64,000 bases of DNA from assembly GCA_045604885.1 (NCBI GenBank), contig JAZUOY010000015.1, positions 1,424 through 65,423 on the forward strand, given 5' to 3'. Positions 29,568 through 39,465 of the stretch are shown here, piece after piece. Position 1 is the first letter of the stretch. The number at the start of each line of letters is the position of its first letter. This stretch comes from Candidatus Nanosyncoccus sp. Lineage in GTDB: Bacteria; Patescibacteriota; Saccharimonadia; Saccharimonadales; Saccharimonadaceae. A model generated the notes under the pieces. The model was not told the origin of the DNA, ran no database searches, and saw only the letters and a program-made list of their open reading frames with translations. Made by a program: the position numbers and the translations under genes.

Positions 29568-29840
29568 TTATCTAACTTCTACGCGGACACGCGGTAAGCT
29601 TTTACCAGAGAAGTGAGTCTTCTTGGTTTTAACAAAGGCTACGACGCCGTCTTTGGCGGCATGAATCGTGAAGTTACGGGACATATAAGTACCAGGACCA
29701 GCAATTTTGGTGCTGCCAGTTTGGCGAACAATTACCTCGCCGTTTTTGACCTGTTGTCCACCAAAACGCTTTACACCAAGGCGCTGACCAGCGTTATTAT
29801 GTATATTCTTGGCGGTACCACCAGCTTTAACATGTGACAT
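29568..29840 (-). CDS. rpmA: 50S ribosomal protein L27
   Basis: MSHVKAGGTAKN...GQRLGVKRFGGQ...IVRQTG. Confidence 0.97.
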   Translation of the reverse strand: MSHVKAGGTAKNIHNNAGQRLGVKRFGGQQVKNGEVIVRQTGSTKIAGPGTYMSRNFTIHAAKDGVVAFVKTKKTHFSGKSLPRVRVEVR

Positions 29841-29841
29841 A

Positions 29842-31026
29842 TTATTTTTTCCTTAAAACTATTATTTCTCGCGCTACAATCTGACCCTCCCTATAATAGA
29901 GTAAATCTTGTAGGCTCAAATTTTGATACTTTACCACATTATACCCCAGTTGGTTGACTTCGTCAAGGGTTTCTGGTTTCGTGAGATCAAACAAACGGTG
30001 ATAACTATGATCAGGGCGTAGCCAGGCGGGAACCGCAATCACGACAGGAGCGCCAGGAGCTATCTGTCTTGACAAATTACGCAAAGTGTGATAGTATAGA
30101 GGTATAAGGTCTTTCATGACCGATTTCATCTTGATGTCTGGGGGAATTTGGCTCATTGGTGGGCCTAAGTAACCTTCACAAGCGACCGCATTAAGGGGTT
30201 GTTCCCATGCAAAATCTGAGGCGCTACCTACGGCTAGTCGGAATGTAGAGGTCCGTGCAATGTTTTCTGTCAGCCATGTCAGATTCTTTTTGCTATATTC
30301 TATCATTCGCGCACTGAGATCTGTACCATAGGCATGATAACCCATCAGGACAGCCTCCTGTAAAACTACTCCAGTTCCACAAAAAGGATCAAGGACAGTA
30401 GCGCCTTCTGGAAGTGGTCCACAGAGATTGATGAGGATTTGGGCAAGTTTGGGTGGTAGCATCCCCACTCTAGCATCGCGTGCAGGACGGGCTTGATCAC
30501 GCGCGGTGTAAGAAGTGATGTTTTGCACTCCTATGCCAACGAACCACCTTTTCTGGAAGTGAATAAATTCATAATGGCCGGGCTTGTCGCCGAGATGGTT
30601 ATGAAACACCGTTGCAGTGGACAAAATAGCAGATTTATTATCTAATACCCGAACACTATAATGCTGTTTACGAAGTTCTTTTTTGAGTTGCAATGCGGTA
30701 ACTTGACAAGTTTTACGATTTGCTTTTTTGGAATAATCTGATATACCTATGATTAGTTTTCCAGAAAAATGAGAATCATTTATATCATTTATGATATATT
30801 CAAGGGGATCATTGATTTCTCTAGCCAACTTGAGAGAGCCGCCTAGGCGGTCGTTATCAGGTATTTTTGAGCCAGAATAGTTGGATTTGACGGGGGAATT
30901 GTCGCCCAGAGTGAAAGTTGCAAGTTGAGGGGAGATCTTCTTAACATCCAAAAAAAGACTTTCTAATTCCGCTAATGATAAGGCAGATTGCCTACCTAAT
31001 ACTGCCAAGAAAGTCGCATTCTTCAT
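29842..31026 (-). CDS. Trm11/TrmG10-like SAM-dependent RNA methyltransferase
   Basis: LPPKLAQILIN, VLDPFCGTG, ACEGYLGP motifs. Confidence 0.85.
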   Translation of the reverse strand: MKNATFLAVLGRQSALSLAELESLFLDVKKISPQLATFTLGDNSPVKSNYSGSKIPDNDRLGGSLKLAREINDPLEYIINDINDSHFSGKLIIGISDYSKKANRKTCQVTALQLKKELRKQHYSVRVLDNKSAILSTATVFHNHLGDKPGHYEFIHFQKRWFVGIGVQNITSYTARDQARPARDARVGMLPPKLAQILINLCGPLPEGATVLDPFCGTGVVLQEAVLMGYHAYGTDLSARMIEYSKKNLTWLTENIARTSTFRLAVGSASDFAWEQPLNAVACEGYLGPPMSQIPPDIKMKSVMKDLIPLYYHTLRNLSRQIAPGAPVVIAVPAWLRPDHSYHRLFDLTKPETLDEVNQLGYNVVKYQNLSLQDLLYYREGQIVAREIIVLRKK

Positions 31027-31073
31027 AATGTATATTATAACATATTTTAGTGTTTTGTAGTATAATAATAGAT

Positions 31074-32858
31074 ATGGTAAAAAAGAGTAAAAAACCGGTT
31101 AGTCTAACCAGAAGAACATTGCATTACTACTGGCAAGGGCAGAAACGACAGAAAGGATTAACTCTGGGTACTTTTTTGAGCACGCCAGTTGTAATTTTGT
31201 GGCGTGATGTGTTTTTTACCTATATGCTTTCTGATATTATCGCCAAAGTGACGGAGCATCCAGATTTAGAATACACGATAAGAGAGGTACTTCCGGAGGC
31301 AATTTTGGTAGTCGTGTTGCGGATTATTTTCTCAGCCATACTCGGTGAACTGAGAGTATATTGGCATTGGAAGATGGAGATTAATACGATTTACTATTTG
31401 CAGAATCTATGTTTTGACACGGTAGCGGCGCAATCTATGCAATTTCACAATGATCGTTTTTCTGGATCCTTAGTTTCGCAAGTTAATAAGTTCACGAGCG
31501 CCTATGAATTATTTATGGATGAGATTGTCTGGGAGATTTTGCCAGTCGGTGTGACAATTATTGCCTCGTTGGCTGTACTATTCGTGCGAGTACCAATTTT
31601 TGCAGGTTTGATGACAGTTTTCATCATTGCTTATATTATTGCGGCGTACTTTGCCTTTAGAAAAATGGCGCCACTTAATCGGGAGATGGCAAGTGCGGAG
31701 AATAAGCGTACGGGGCAGCTATCAGATAGCATCTCTAATATATCCGCGGTCAAATCATACGCAAGGGAAGCACACGAGCATCGCCGTTTCAAAGGCTATA
31801 GTAAAAAAGTGGCGGATGCTACCATTAATTTACTTAATCAAGAAATTAAGCGTAATGTGCAATTTGATTTTGTCTATGTGGGAATTACGGTGATTGTCTT
31901 GGCATTTCTCTTGACTGGGCAAGGACTATTTGGTGTATCGCTTGCAACCCTGATTCTGGTGTTTCAATATTCACTAAACATTACAAATTATCTTTGGGGT
32001 TTTAATAATATTTTTAAGCATATCAATCGGGTATTTGGGGATGCAAAAGAGATGACAGAAATCTTAGATACTGTAGATGATGTAATAGATGAACCAGATG
32101 CAAAGAAACTTGTAATCACACAGGCTGAAATTACTTTTCGTGATATTTCCTTTCAGCATCGTGATGCGAAAACTCCGCTCTTTTCTAATTTCTCATTGAC
32201 AGTGTCGCCCGGAGAACGAGTGGGTCTAGTAGGCATATCTGGTTCTGGTAAAACTACGCTCACCAAATTACTCTTGCGTTTTGCAGATGTGAATGAAGGA
32301 GAAATTGACATAGACGGGCAGAACATTCGCTATGTTACACAACAATCACTCCGAGAAAACATTGCCTATGTACCACAAGAAACTGCACTTTTTCACCGTA
32401 GTATTGCTGAGAATATAGCTTATGGAAAACCTGGCGCTAGCCAGACAGAAATCGTCAAAGCGGCCAAACTTGCTAATGCTGACGAATTTATTCGGGATTT
32501 ACCAGATGGTTATAATACCTTGGTGGGGGAGAGGGGAGTAAAACTTTCTGGTGGGCAGCGACAGCGGGTGGCAATTGCACGAGCGATCCTGAAGGATGCT
32601 CCGATTTTAGTACTAGATGAGGCGACTTCTGCGCTTGATTCTGAATCAGAGGCGTTGATTCAGGATGCACTCAAAAAACTAATGAAAGGGCGTACTAGTA
32701 TTGTGATTGCGCATCGTTTATCTACGGTGGCAGACTTAGACAGAATAATAGTCTTGGATAAAGGAAAGATTATAGAACAGGGAAGTCACCAGGAATTACT
32801 GGAAACTGGTGGGGCATATAGTAAGTTATGGGCACGACAGTCGGGGGCATTTCTATGA
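31074..32858 (+). CDS. ABC exporter, fused permease/ATP-binding; probable start 31074
   Basis: TM domain, GISGSGKT, LSGGQRQR, LDEATSALD. Confidence 0.95.
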   Translation: MVKKSKKPVSLTRRTLHYYWQGQKRQKGLTLGTFLSTPVVILWRDVFFTYMLSDIIAKVTEHPDLEYTIREVLPEAILVVVLRIIFSAILGELRVYWHWKMEINTIYYLQNLCFDTVAAQSMQFHNDRFSGSLVSQVNKFTSAYELFMDEIVWEILPVGVTIIASLAVLFVRVPIFAGLMTVFIIAYIIAAYFAFRKMAPLNREMASAENKRTGQLSDSISNISAVKSYAREAHEHRRFKGYSKKVADATINLLNQEIKRNVQFDFVYVGITVIVLAFLLTGQGLFGVSLATLILVFQYSLNITNYLWGFNNIFKHINRVFGDAKEMTEILDTVDDVIDEPDAKKLVITQAEITFRDISFQHRDAKTPLFSNFSLTVSPGERVGLVGISGSGKTTLTKLLLRFADVNEGEIDIDGQNIRYVTQQSLRENIAYVPQETALFHRSIAENIAYGKPGASQTEIVKAAKLANADEFIRDLPDGYNTLVGERGVKLSGGQRQRVAIARAILKDAPILVLDEATSALDSESEALIQDALKKLMKGRTSIVIAHRLSTVADLDRIIVLDKGKIIEQGSHQELLETGGAYSKLWARQSGAFL

Positions 32859-34033
32859 ACAGGATTCCATTAGCCGAACGAATGCGCCCACAAACCCTAG
32901 ATGGAGTAGTTGGGCAAGAGGATATTATTGGAGAGGGTAAAATTCTGACTGAGATTGTAAAAAAAGGCGAGCCAGTAAACCTGATTTTTTGGGGACCTCC
33001 TGGTACTGGAAAGACTACACTCGCCCGTATTTTGGCGCACGAGTTTGAGGCAGATTTTGTGGAGCTTTCTGCGGTGACAGCACATAAAAGTGATGTTGAG
33101 AAAGTAGTAGAGCGTGCTAAGCAAAACTGGAATTTACAGACTAGAACCGTACTTTTCGTAGATGAAATTCATCGTTTTAATAAAGCTCAACAGGATGCTT
33201 TTTTGCCACATGTAGAATCAGGATTGATTATTTTGATTGGTGCCACGACGGAGAATCCGAGTTTCACGGTCATTTCGCCACTTTTGTCACGTTCGCGGGT
33301 AGTGGTAGTAGCTCCACTCAAGAAAGCAGATATCGTTACGGTTATTGAACGTGCAATTAAAGCAGAAAAAGCTACAAAACGTGTTACGAAAAAAGCGATT
33401 GACTATCTTGCGGAATTGTCTGGTGGAGACGCTAGAAGTGCATTGGGTGATTTAGAATTAGCATTGTCTTTATCGCAGAAGATAGATGAAAAAGTTGTCA
33501 AGGAAGCAGCTGGACGCAAGGTACCAGGTTATGATAAAAAAGGCGATAAACACTATGATAACATTTCAGCATTCATTAAGTCTATGAGAGGTAGTGATGT
33601 AGATGCAACGTTATATTACTTGGCGCGTATGGTTGAAGCAGGAGAAGACCCGCTGTTTATTGCCAGAAGGATGGTAATTTTCGCAAGTGAGGATATTGGT
33701 ATCGCCGGAAATGGTGCATTGAACTTAGCTGTTTCGGCGTTTCAGGCGGTTGAACGAGTTGGGATGCCGGAAGGTGGGATTATTTTGTCGCATGTTGCAG
33801 TGGTACTTGCTAAATGTAAGAAAAATCGCAAGACGATAGACGCTTGGTATAAAGCACAAGATTTAGCACATAAATCTATGGGTTTACCAGTGCCAATCCA
33901 CTTGCGAAATGCGCCCACCAAGTTGATGAAAGATTTGCACTTTGGTGAGGGGCAGAAATGGGAAGCTGGATTTCATCTGGATAAAAATTATTTGCCAGAT
34001 GACATTGCTGACCAGAAGATTTACGAAGAGTAA
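32855..34033 (+). CDS. rarA: Replication-associated recombination protein A (MgsA); probable start 32855
   Basis: PLAERMRP, WGPPGTGKT, DEIHRFNKAQQD, SAFIKSMRGSD, HLRNAPT; ATGA overlap with the upstream stop. Confidence 0.96.
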   Translation: MNRIPLAERMRPQTLDGVVGQEDIIGEGKILTEIVKKGEPVNLIFWGPPGTGKTTLARILAHEFEADFVELSAVTAHKSDVEKVVERAKQNWNLQTRTVLFVDEIHRFNKAQQDAFLPHVESGLIILIGATTENPSFTVISPLLSRSRVVVVAPLKKADIVTVIERAIKAEKATKRVTKKAIDYLAELSGGDARSALGDLELALSLSQKIDEKVVKEAAGRKVPGYDKKGDKHYDNISAFIKSMRGSDVDATLYYLARMVEAGEDPLFIARRMVIFASEDIGIAGNGALNLAVSAFQAVERVGMPEGGIILSHVAVVLAKCKKNRKTIDAWYKAQDLAHKSMGLPVPIHLRNAPTKLMKDLHFGEGQKWEAGFHLDKNYLPDDIADQKIYEE

Positions 34034-34127
34034 TATATATGATATAATTATGACGAGTGGGATTATGTGATTCCATTTTTTTGTAGGAACAAAATGTGAA
34101 TAGAACATTAAGAAGGGAGTGATTTAT

Positions 34128-34763
34128 GTGAAGCTTGGTAAAGTGGTCTTGATGGATCATCCGCTGATTGAGCATAAAATTGGCATTATTCGGAACAAGG
34201 ATACGGGAACCAAAGAATTTCGTAAAATTGTCGGTGAGATTGCTGGTTTGATGTGCTACGAATCTACGCGCGATCTCAAGTTGCAGGAGATTGAGGTGGA
34301 GACCCCACTAGAGTCTACTACGGCGAAGAAACTAAGTGGCAAGAAATTGGTGCTGATACCGATTTTGCGCGCTGGCCTTGGGATGGTGAATGGAATTTTA
34401 GAACTTATCCCTTCGGCAAAAGTCGCACACATCGGCATGTATCGCGACGAAAAAACCGCTCAACCGGTGGAATACTATTATAAGATTCCTGCCGAGAGCG
34501 AGGAAAGGGAATTTTTCGTTTTAGATCCGATGTTGGCTACGGGAGGTTCTGCTATCATGGCAATTGATCGTCTGAAGCGCGACAATATTAGACATATTAG
34601 GTTTATGTGTATCATTGCCGCACCGGAAGGTCTGGCCGCACTCAGGAATGCGCATTCAGATGTGGACATTTATATTGGCGCATTAGACAGATGTCTTAAT
34701 GAGACCAAATATATTCTGCCTGGTCTTGGAGATGCTGGAGATAGAATCTTCGGTACCAAATGA
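34128..34763 (+). CDS. upp: Uracil phosphoribosyltransferase; probable GTG start 34128
   Basis: [43 protein letters not shown]. Confidence 0.97.
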   Translation: MKLGKVVLMDHPLIEHKIGIIRNKDTGTKEFRKIVGEIAGLMCYESTRDLKLQEIEVETPLESTTAKKLSGKKLVLIPILRAGLGMVNGILELIPSAKVAHIGMYRDEKTAQPVEYYYKIPAESEEREFFVLDPMLATGGSAIMAIDRLKRDNIRHIRFMCIIAAPEGLAALRNAHSDVDIYIGALDRCLNETKYILPGLGDAGDRIFGTK

Positions 34764-34771
34764 TAAATCGC

Positions 34772-34801
34772 TAAAATGCCCGCTAAGATGCGGGCATTTT
34801 A
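34772..34801 (+). terminator. Bidirectional-type intrinsic terminator after upp
   Basis: taaaatgcccgc / gcgggcatttta perfect 12-bp stem. Confidence 0.8.
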
Positions 34802-35104
34802 TGAAGTGGACGATAAAATTGAAAAGGGGTGATTTTTTGGAAATATTAGTGATACCAGCAGAAGGCGATAATACCGAAACTGAAACTTGGTATATGAACG
34901 ATGTGCGTCGGCGATATGAAAATACTAAAGTAAGTACGTTGGGTATAAAGAGCGGTACGAATATTGGCAAAGATGTTGACGACAGTATTAGACATTTGTT
35001 TGATATTCAATCTAGCAAGATGTACGAAATACATGCACAAGGTGGCTTTTCTCGCCCCAAAATCTATAAAAAAATTGTATTATATGCTATAATAACGAAA
35101 GGTT

Positions 35105-35180
35105 GGCTCTGTAGCTCAGTTGGTAGAGCAGAGGCCTGAAGAGCCTTGTGTCACTGGTTCAAGTCCAGTCGGAGCCACCA
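35105..35180 (+). tRNA. tRNA-Phe (GAA)
   Basis: Anticodon arm GAGGC-CTGAAGA-GCCTT; CCA end. Confidence 0.97.
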
Positions 35181-35320
35181 ATTTGCTTTGCAAATTGTAA
35201 AACGAAACTTGGTTTCGTTTTTTTGTTGCTTCGTAACAAGTAGCTTCTTGAGTCTATCCCAACGTAATTGGTATGGTATAATTTCAATATGTATCACCGA
35301 TATAATGCGGAGAGACGATA

Positions 35321-37387
35321 GTGACATCTGAACTTATTACCTCTCAGCCAAGAATAAGAAAGGATCATGATTGGTTGGGTGACGATGTGCCAGAATTTTC
35401 TGCTGATAAGAAAGAGAAGGATTTTAGAGGCGTTTCTTTTAATAAGCATTTTGTAGAGTGCTTTTCTGACAAAATGTACGAAAAAATTCTTAGTGATAGG
35501 GAAGTATTAGCTAGTGTAGGCGACAATTATTTACATCAATATGACGATAACTCTTCCGCCTCAGCTGTCAAGCTAGCCTTTAAGGAATCACTAGACCATT
35601 ATATTTTGTCACAACTTACCAGTGAGAATACCGAAAAATTTATACAGAGTGAAGCGTTTTCAAATTATTCATCATATATCATGAATATTGCAGAAAATAA
35701 TTTCATGAAAGTTAGAAATGGCGAGTTATTTTCTGAAATTGTTGCTAATCCAGTTCTGAGAAATGAAAAAATGCGTGAGCTTATTTTGGAAAAAACATAC
35801 CCGCCAGAAAAAGCGCGACGATATAGCGATAGTATCAAAAAACAAATTGATTTTTATCAAAAAGGGCTTTCCTCAGTAGAAGAAATTATGGACAAGCGGG
35901 GGAAATTATCGCAAAAACAGGTGGATTATCTTGGTGATTATTTATATTCCAGCAAAAAATATGATGACGGATTGGCGAAGAAATTTGCAGAGTATTGTTT
36001 TAATGAGATTCATGCAGATTCTGATATTAAGCCGTCCACGCAGATGATTGGTGCGCTGACGAATTACTTTGCGTATTGTTATTCGTTGGATGAAAAGGTC
36101 AGACGGGATAGCAGATTTATTATTGCAAATTATTCTCATGAGAGGACAGACGAATCTGGCAATATTCAGAGAAAATCAGTCCATGTGGGGGTATCTACTT
36201 CATTTGGTTGCGTATTAGAACAGAATCATTTTACTCGGATGTCGCTTATGTCGGATGACTCATTGAGCAAATCGCGAACTAACACCTATAACGATATTTA
36301 TCGCTTGATGATGGTGTCATTTCACGAATTAACCCATGATCATCAGCGAAATCAAATGATGGCAGGAGATGATAGTAGCAGTAGTATGTCCTATATTTTG
36401 CATAATGTCTTGATGGAAGATAAAAGAGAATGTTTTCCACGAGTTGGGAAAGACGGCTCTATTCACGAGACATCATATTACAAGGCCAATCACGATTGTG
36501 ATGAAATAGAAATTGAGGCAGATGAAGAGGCATGGCGTCAGTGTCGAACTTTTTTAGTCAATCATCGTCAGCAATACGCTTGGGATCATCATGATGATGA
36601 TATTTATCGGCAGTATTCCGAGCAGAGAGGAAAATGTCTGGATAATGAAGAAGAAGTGCGAACGAGGCGTGCTTTTACGAGAAAAATTGATGCGACTGGG
36701 CAAGAAATGTCATATATCCAGTATGATATTGAAAACCTCAAGTCATTTGTGGCGAATGACCCAAAATTACTTCAGAGATTTCCCCAACTTAATAAATATC
36801 TTGATCAGGACGGAAATTTAAGGTCAGAATTATTATTAGAAAAGCGCATTGGGGGAATTGATACGAGTGATAATTTGTATCATCGCACGGACGATTTTGG
36901 AGTGGAAGTTGGAACTTATATAATCACTAATAACGAAGATGTGAAAAACATTATCAGTCATATTAATAACAGTACATTATCTAGTCAACAGGTGCAAAAT
37001 TTAATGACGAATCTTTGGAATATAATACATCAAAATGCGCTCAAAGTACGTCAGTTGAAGAAGGCTAATTTTGATAACTATGACGAGACCGAGACGCGTA
37101 TGGGGTTCACACCTCAAGAGATGAAAGATGCATTTTTGAAGCAATATCTCAGACAATTGTATAATTCTGTGCATATTGCAGAGGTGATACGCGGTACACA
37201 TCCAGAATTAGGAGACTATATTACTAGGCAAGAAGAGGGATATATGAGTAGTTATTATGATGAACTGCAACATGAAGGCAAAGTTAAGTACGAAGAAGCG
37301 AAGAAAATATATGACAAATATCAGCGTACGAATAATCCTGTTCTTATGAAGATTGCTACAAAAATTGCAAGAGATTATCAATTATGA
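35321..37387 (+). CDS. Large hypothetical protein with an HExxH zincin-like motif
   Basis: 688 aa, no signal peptide or TM; SFHELTHDHQ followed by EIEIEADE. Confidence 0.75.
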   Translation: MTSELITSQPRIRKDHDWLGDDVPEFSADKKEKDFRGVSFNKHFVECFSDKMYEKILSDREVLASVGDNYLHQYDDNSSASAVKLAFKESLDHYILSQLTSENTEKFIQSEAFSNYSSYIMNIAENNFMKVRNGELFSEIVANPVLRNEKMRELILEKTYPPEKARRYSDSIKKQIDFYQKGLSSVEEIMDKRGKLSQKQVDYLGDYLYSSKKYDDGLAKKFAEYCFNEIHADSDIKPSTQMIGALTNYFAYCYSLDEKVRRDSRFIIANYSHERTDESGNIQRKSVHVGVSTSFGCVLEQNHFTRMSLMSDDSLSKSRTNTYNDIYRLMMVSFHELTHDHQRNQMMAGDDSSSSMSYILHNVLMEDKRECFPRVGKDGSIHETSYYKANHDCDEIEIEADEEAWRQCRTFLVNHRQQYAWDHHDDDIYRQYSEQRGKCLDNEEEVRTRRAFTRKIDATGQEMSYIQYDIENLKSFVANDPKLLQRFPQLNKYLDQDGNLRSELLLEKRIGGIDTSDNLYHRTDDFGVEVGTYIITNNEDVKNIISHINNSTLSSQQVQNLMTNLWNIIHQNALKVRQLKKANFDNYDETETRMGFTPQEMKDAFLKQYLRQLYNSVHIAEVIRGTHPELGDYITRQEEGYMSSYYDELQHEGKVKYEEAKKIYDKYQRTNNPVLMKIATKIARDYQL

Positions 37388-37428
37388 TCACCTGTCTTCT
37401 CTAGTATCATGTATGGTATAATTTAATT

Positions 37429-38751
37429 ATGAAAAAATTTAATACCTCTCCAATTTCTGGCATGCAAGAGCTTTTGCCGCCTTTGCAAGCTGTTTTCAAT
37501 AATTATAAAGCAAAAATTGCTGAGGTATATCATCTGCATGGATTCCAAAATATAGAAACGCCTATGATTGATCGCAATGAGATTTTATTTGCGAAAGCTG
37601 GCGGTGATACTGAGAAGCAAATTTATCGCGTCATTAAGACGGATGAGACGGCGGAAGCGTCGTCGCAATCACTTCGTTTTGACCATACGGTGCCGCTAGC
37701 AAGATATGTTGTGGAGCATGAAAGCGAGCTAAATTTTCCGTTTCGCGTTTCTCAAATTGGGCGCAATTTTAGAGGGGAACGAGCACAAAAAGGGCGTTAT
37801 CGCGAATTCTATCAGTGTGATGTGGATGTAATTGGGCGCAATGCTTTACCGATTTTCTACGATGCACAGGTAATTGATACTTTTTATTCTGCAGTCAGTT
37901 CATTCGTAAAGACGCCAGTAAGAATCCGCCTCAATAATCGTAAATTCGTCTCTGGTTTTATTGAGGCGCTTGGAATATCGGATTTAGCGAGTGATGTTTA
38001 TAGTATTATCGACCATGCAGAGAAAGTTCCAGAAGAAAAAACAATTTCTTTTTTGAGGGAACTTAATATCCCAGAAGAAATTGTTGTAAAAATTACAACA
38101 TTTATTCATACGCACGGTAATTATGACGAGATTGTTACCATGTTAAAGGAAATTGGTATGATGGATGCAGACGGCATGGTAGAAAATGTGCAAATGAGAG
38201 ATGGTCTAGCGGAGCTAAAAATTGTTACGGGTGAGCTAGCTAAAATTGGGATGAAAGCTGAAAATGTGGAAATTGATTTAAAGATCGTGCGCGGGCTGGA
38301 TTATTATACGGGAACTGTGTTTGAGGGAATCTTACCAGAGTACCCACAGGTAGGATCCATTGGTGGCGGTGGCCGTTATGATAATCTTGCAAGTAATTTT
38401 TCTGATCAAAAGTTTCCTGGAGTTGGTGCGTCTATTGGTTTGTCGCGGCTATTTTATATTTTGACGGAAAATAATCTTCACGACGAAGAATCCAGGACAC
38501 CAATAGATTATGCAATTATTCCGATGACGTCAGAGCAGAATGAGATGGCATATAAGATAGCGGATATAATTCGTAACCGTGGTGAATCTACGGATATTAT
38601 TTCAGTGGAAAAGAAACTCAGCGATACAATGAAAATTGCTTCACGAGTAGCAAGCTATGGAATTGTACTTGGTGAAAATGAAGTCAAAAATAAATCTTGC
38701 ATGGTAAAAAAATTTGCAACTGGTGATCAGAATTTGATGAAACTAAGCTAA
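37429..38751 (+). CDS. hisS: Histidine--tRNA ligase
   Basis: GGDTEKQIY, LRFDHTVP, GRYREFYQCD, VRGLDYYTG, GGGGRYD motifs. Confidence 0.98.
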   Translation: MKKFNTSPISGMQELLPPLQAVFNNYKAKIAEVYHLHGFQNIETPMIDRNEILFAKAGGDTEKQIYRVIKTDETAEASSQSLRFDHTVPLARYVVEHESELNFPFRVSQIGRNFRGERAQKGRYREFYQCDVDVIGRNALPIFYDAQVIDTFYSAVSSFVKTPVRIRLNNRKFVSGFIEALGISDLASDVYSIIDHAEKVPEEKTISFLRELNIPEEIVVKITTFIHTHGNYDEIVTMLKEIGMMDADGMVENVQMRDGLAELKIVTGELAKIGMKAENVEIDLKIVRGLDYYTGTVFEGILPEYPQVGSIGGGGRYDNLASNFSDQKFPGVGASIGLSRLFYILTENNLHDEESRTPIDYAIIPMTSEQNEMAYKIADIIRNRGESTDIISVEKKLSDTMKIASRVASYGIVLGENEVKNKSCMVKKFATGDQNLMKLS

Positions 38752-38790
38752 TTTGACTTCCTATTCCTACTTTCATCTTATCATTCTAGC

Positions 38791-38997
38791 ATGCGTTCGT
38801 ATCCACTATCGTTTGTGTTGGGAGGATACTTTCGCTTGGATAATAGCAAATTATATAATCAAAAAGCATACGGTAACTATTGGTCTACTACTGTCTACTC
38901 GGACGCTAATGGGTACAATCTAGAAACAAGTGGTTCATCCGTCAATCCGACAGACTATAGCAGAAAACTTCATGATTGGGGAATTCGTTGCGTCTAA
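38791..38997 (+). pseudogene. Orphan CLec/FISUMP-like C-terminal cassette 1
   Basis: RSYPLSFVLGG...YWSTT...WGIRCV; no N-terminal domains or signal peptide. Confidence 0.7.
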
Positions 38998-39437
38998 GTT
39001 CTACTATTGATTCGGTCTTATCCACTGTCGTATGTATTGTCAGGTACTTTCTACTGGAATAGTAGTCAATTATACAATCAAGGTGTCTATGGTAGTCGGT
39101 GGTCTAGCACGATATATTCCAAAAATAATGGATGTCGTTTACTTATGGATAGCTCTACTGTTGATCCAGCAGATAATGTTGGCAAATTCTATGGATTCAC
39201 TGTTCGTTGAAATTAAAAATATCATGCTAATTGCGATATATAACGAAGCGCCCTACCAACATATTTATTAAAATAATCCGACGTTCCGACAGAGGAATCA
39301 AGCAGCATCATGTAGTATGCTCGTGCACGAGAATTGACAGTAGCAGGATACCAACAACCGTGAACTCCCTGATTATATACCCTACCAGTATCCCAGCCGA
39401 AACTCCCTCCCAACACAAACGATAGTGGATACGAACG
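38794..39437. repeat. Perfect 32-bp inverted repeat (38794-38825 / 39406-39437)
   Basis: cgttcgtatccactatcgtttgtgttgggagg and its exact reverse complement. Confidence 0.97.
39007..39210 (+). pseudogene. Orphan CLec/FISUMP-like C-terminal cassette 2
   Basis: RSYPLSYVLSG...RWSST...YGFTVR then TGA where cassette 1 has TGC (Cys). Confidence 0.7.
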
Positions 39438-39440
39438 TAT
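39222..39440 (-). pseudogene. Orphan CLec/FISUMP-like C-terminal cassette 3 (inverted)
   Basis: Frame extends upstream of the tracked ORF as IRSYPLSFVLGG...VGRALRYI; collinear with cassettes 1 and 2. Confidence 0.7.
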
Positions 39441-39465
39441 ACTAGCAGATGATATATAAAGGGAT

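Noticed and set aside
34699-35139. 146-aa ORF between upp and tRNA-Phe
   Set aside because: It overlaps the upp 3' end, its terminator and the tRNA, with no recognisable motif. The central part could be a gene remnant but I cannot support that.
39208-39210. TGA read as Gly (genetic code 25) extending cassette 2
   Set aside because: Housekeeping genes here (rnj, the ABC exporter, upp) terminate at TGA and show no in-frame TGA, so code 11 applies
38791-39440. Classical DGR (TR/VR pair)
   Set aside because: No reverse transcriptase or Avd in the window, and the three units differ at C, G and T positions rather than only at adenines. A remote DGR cannot be excluded without the whole genome.
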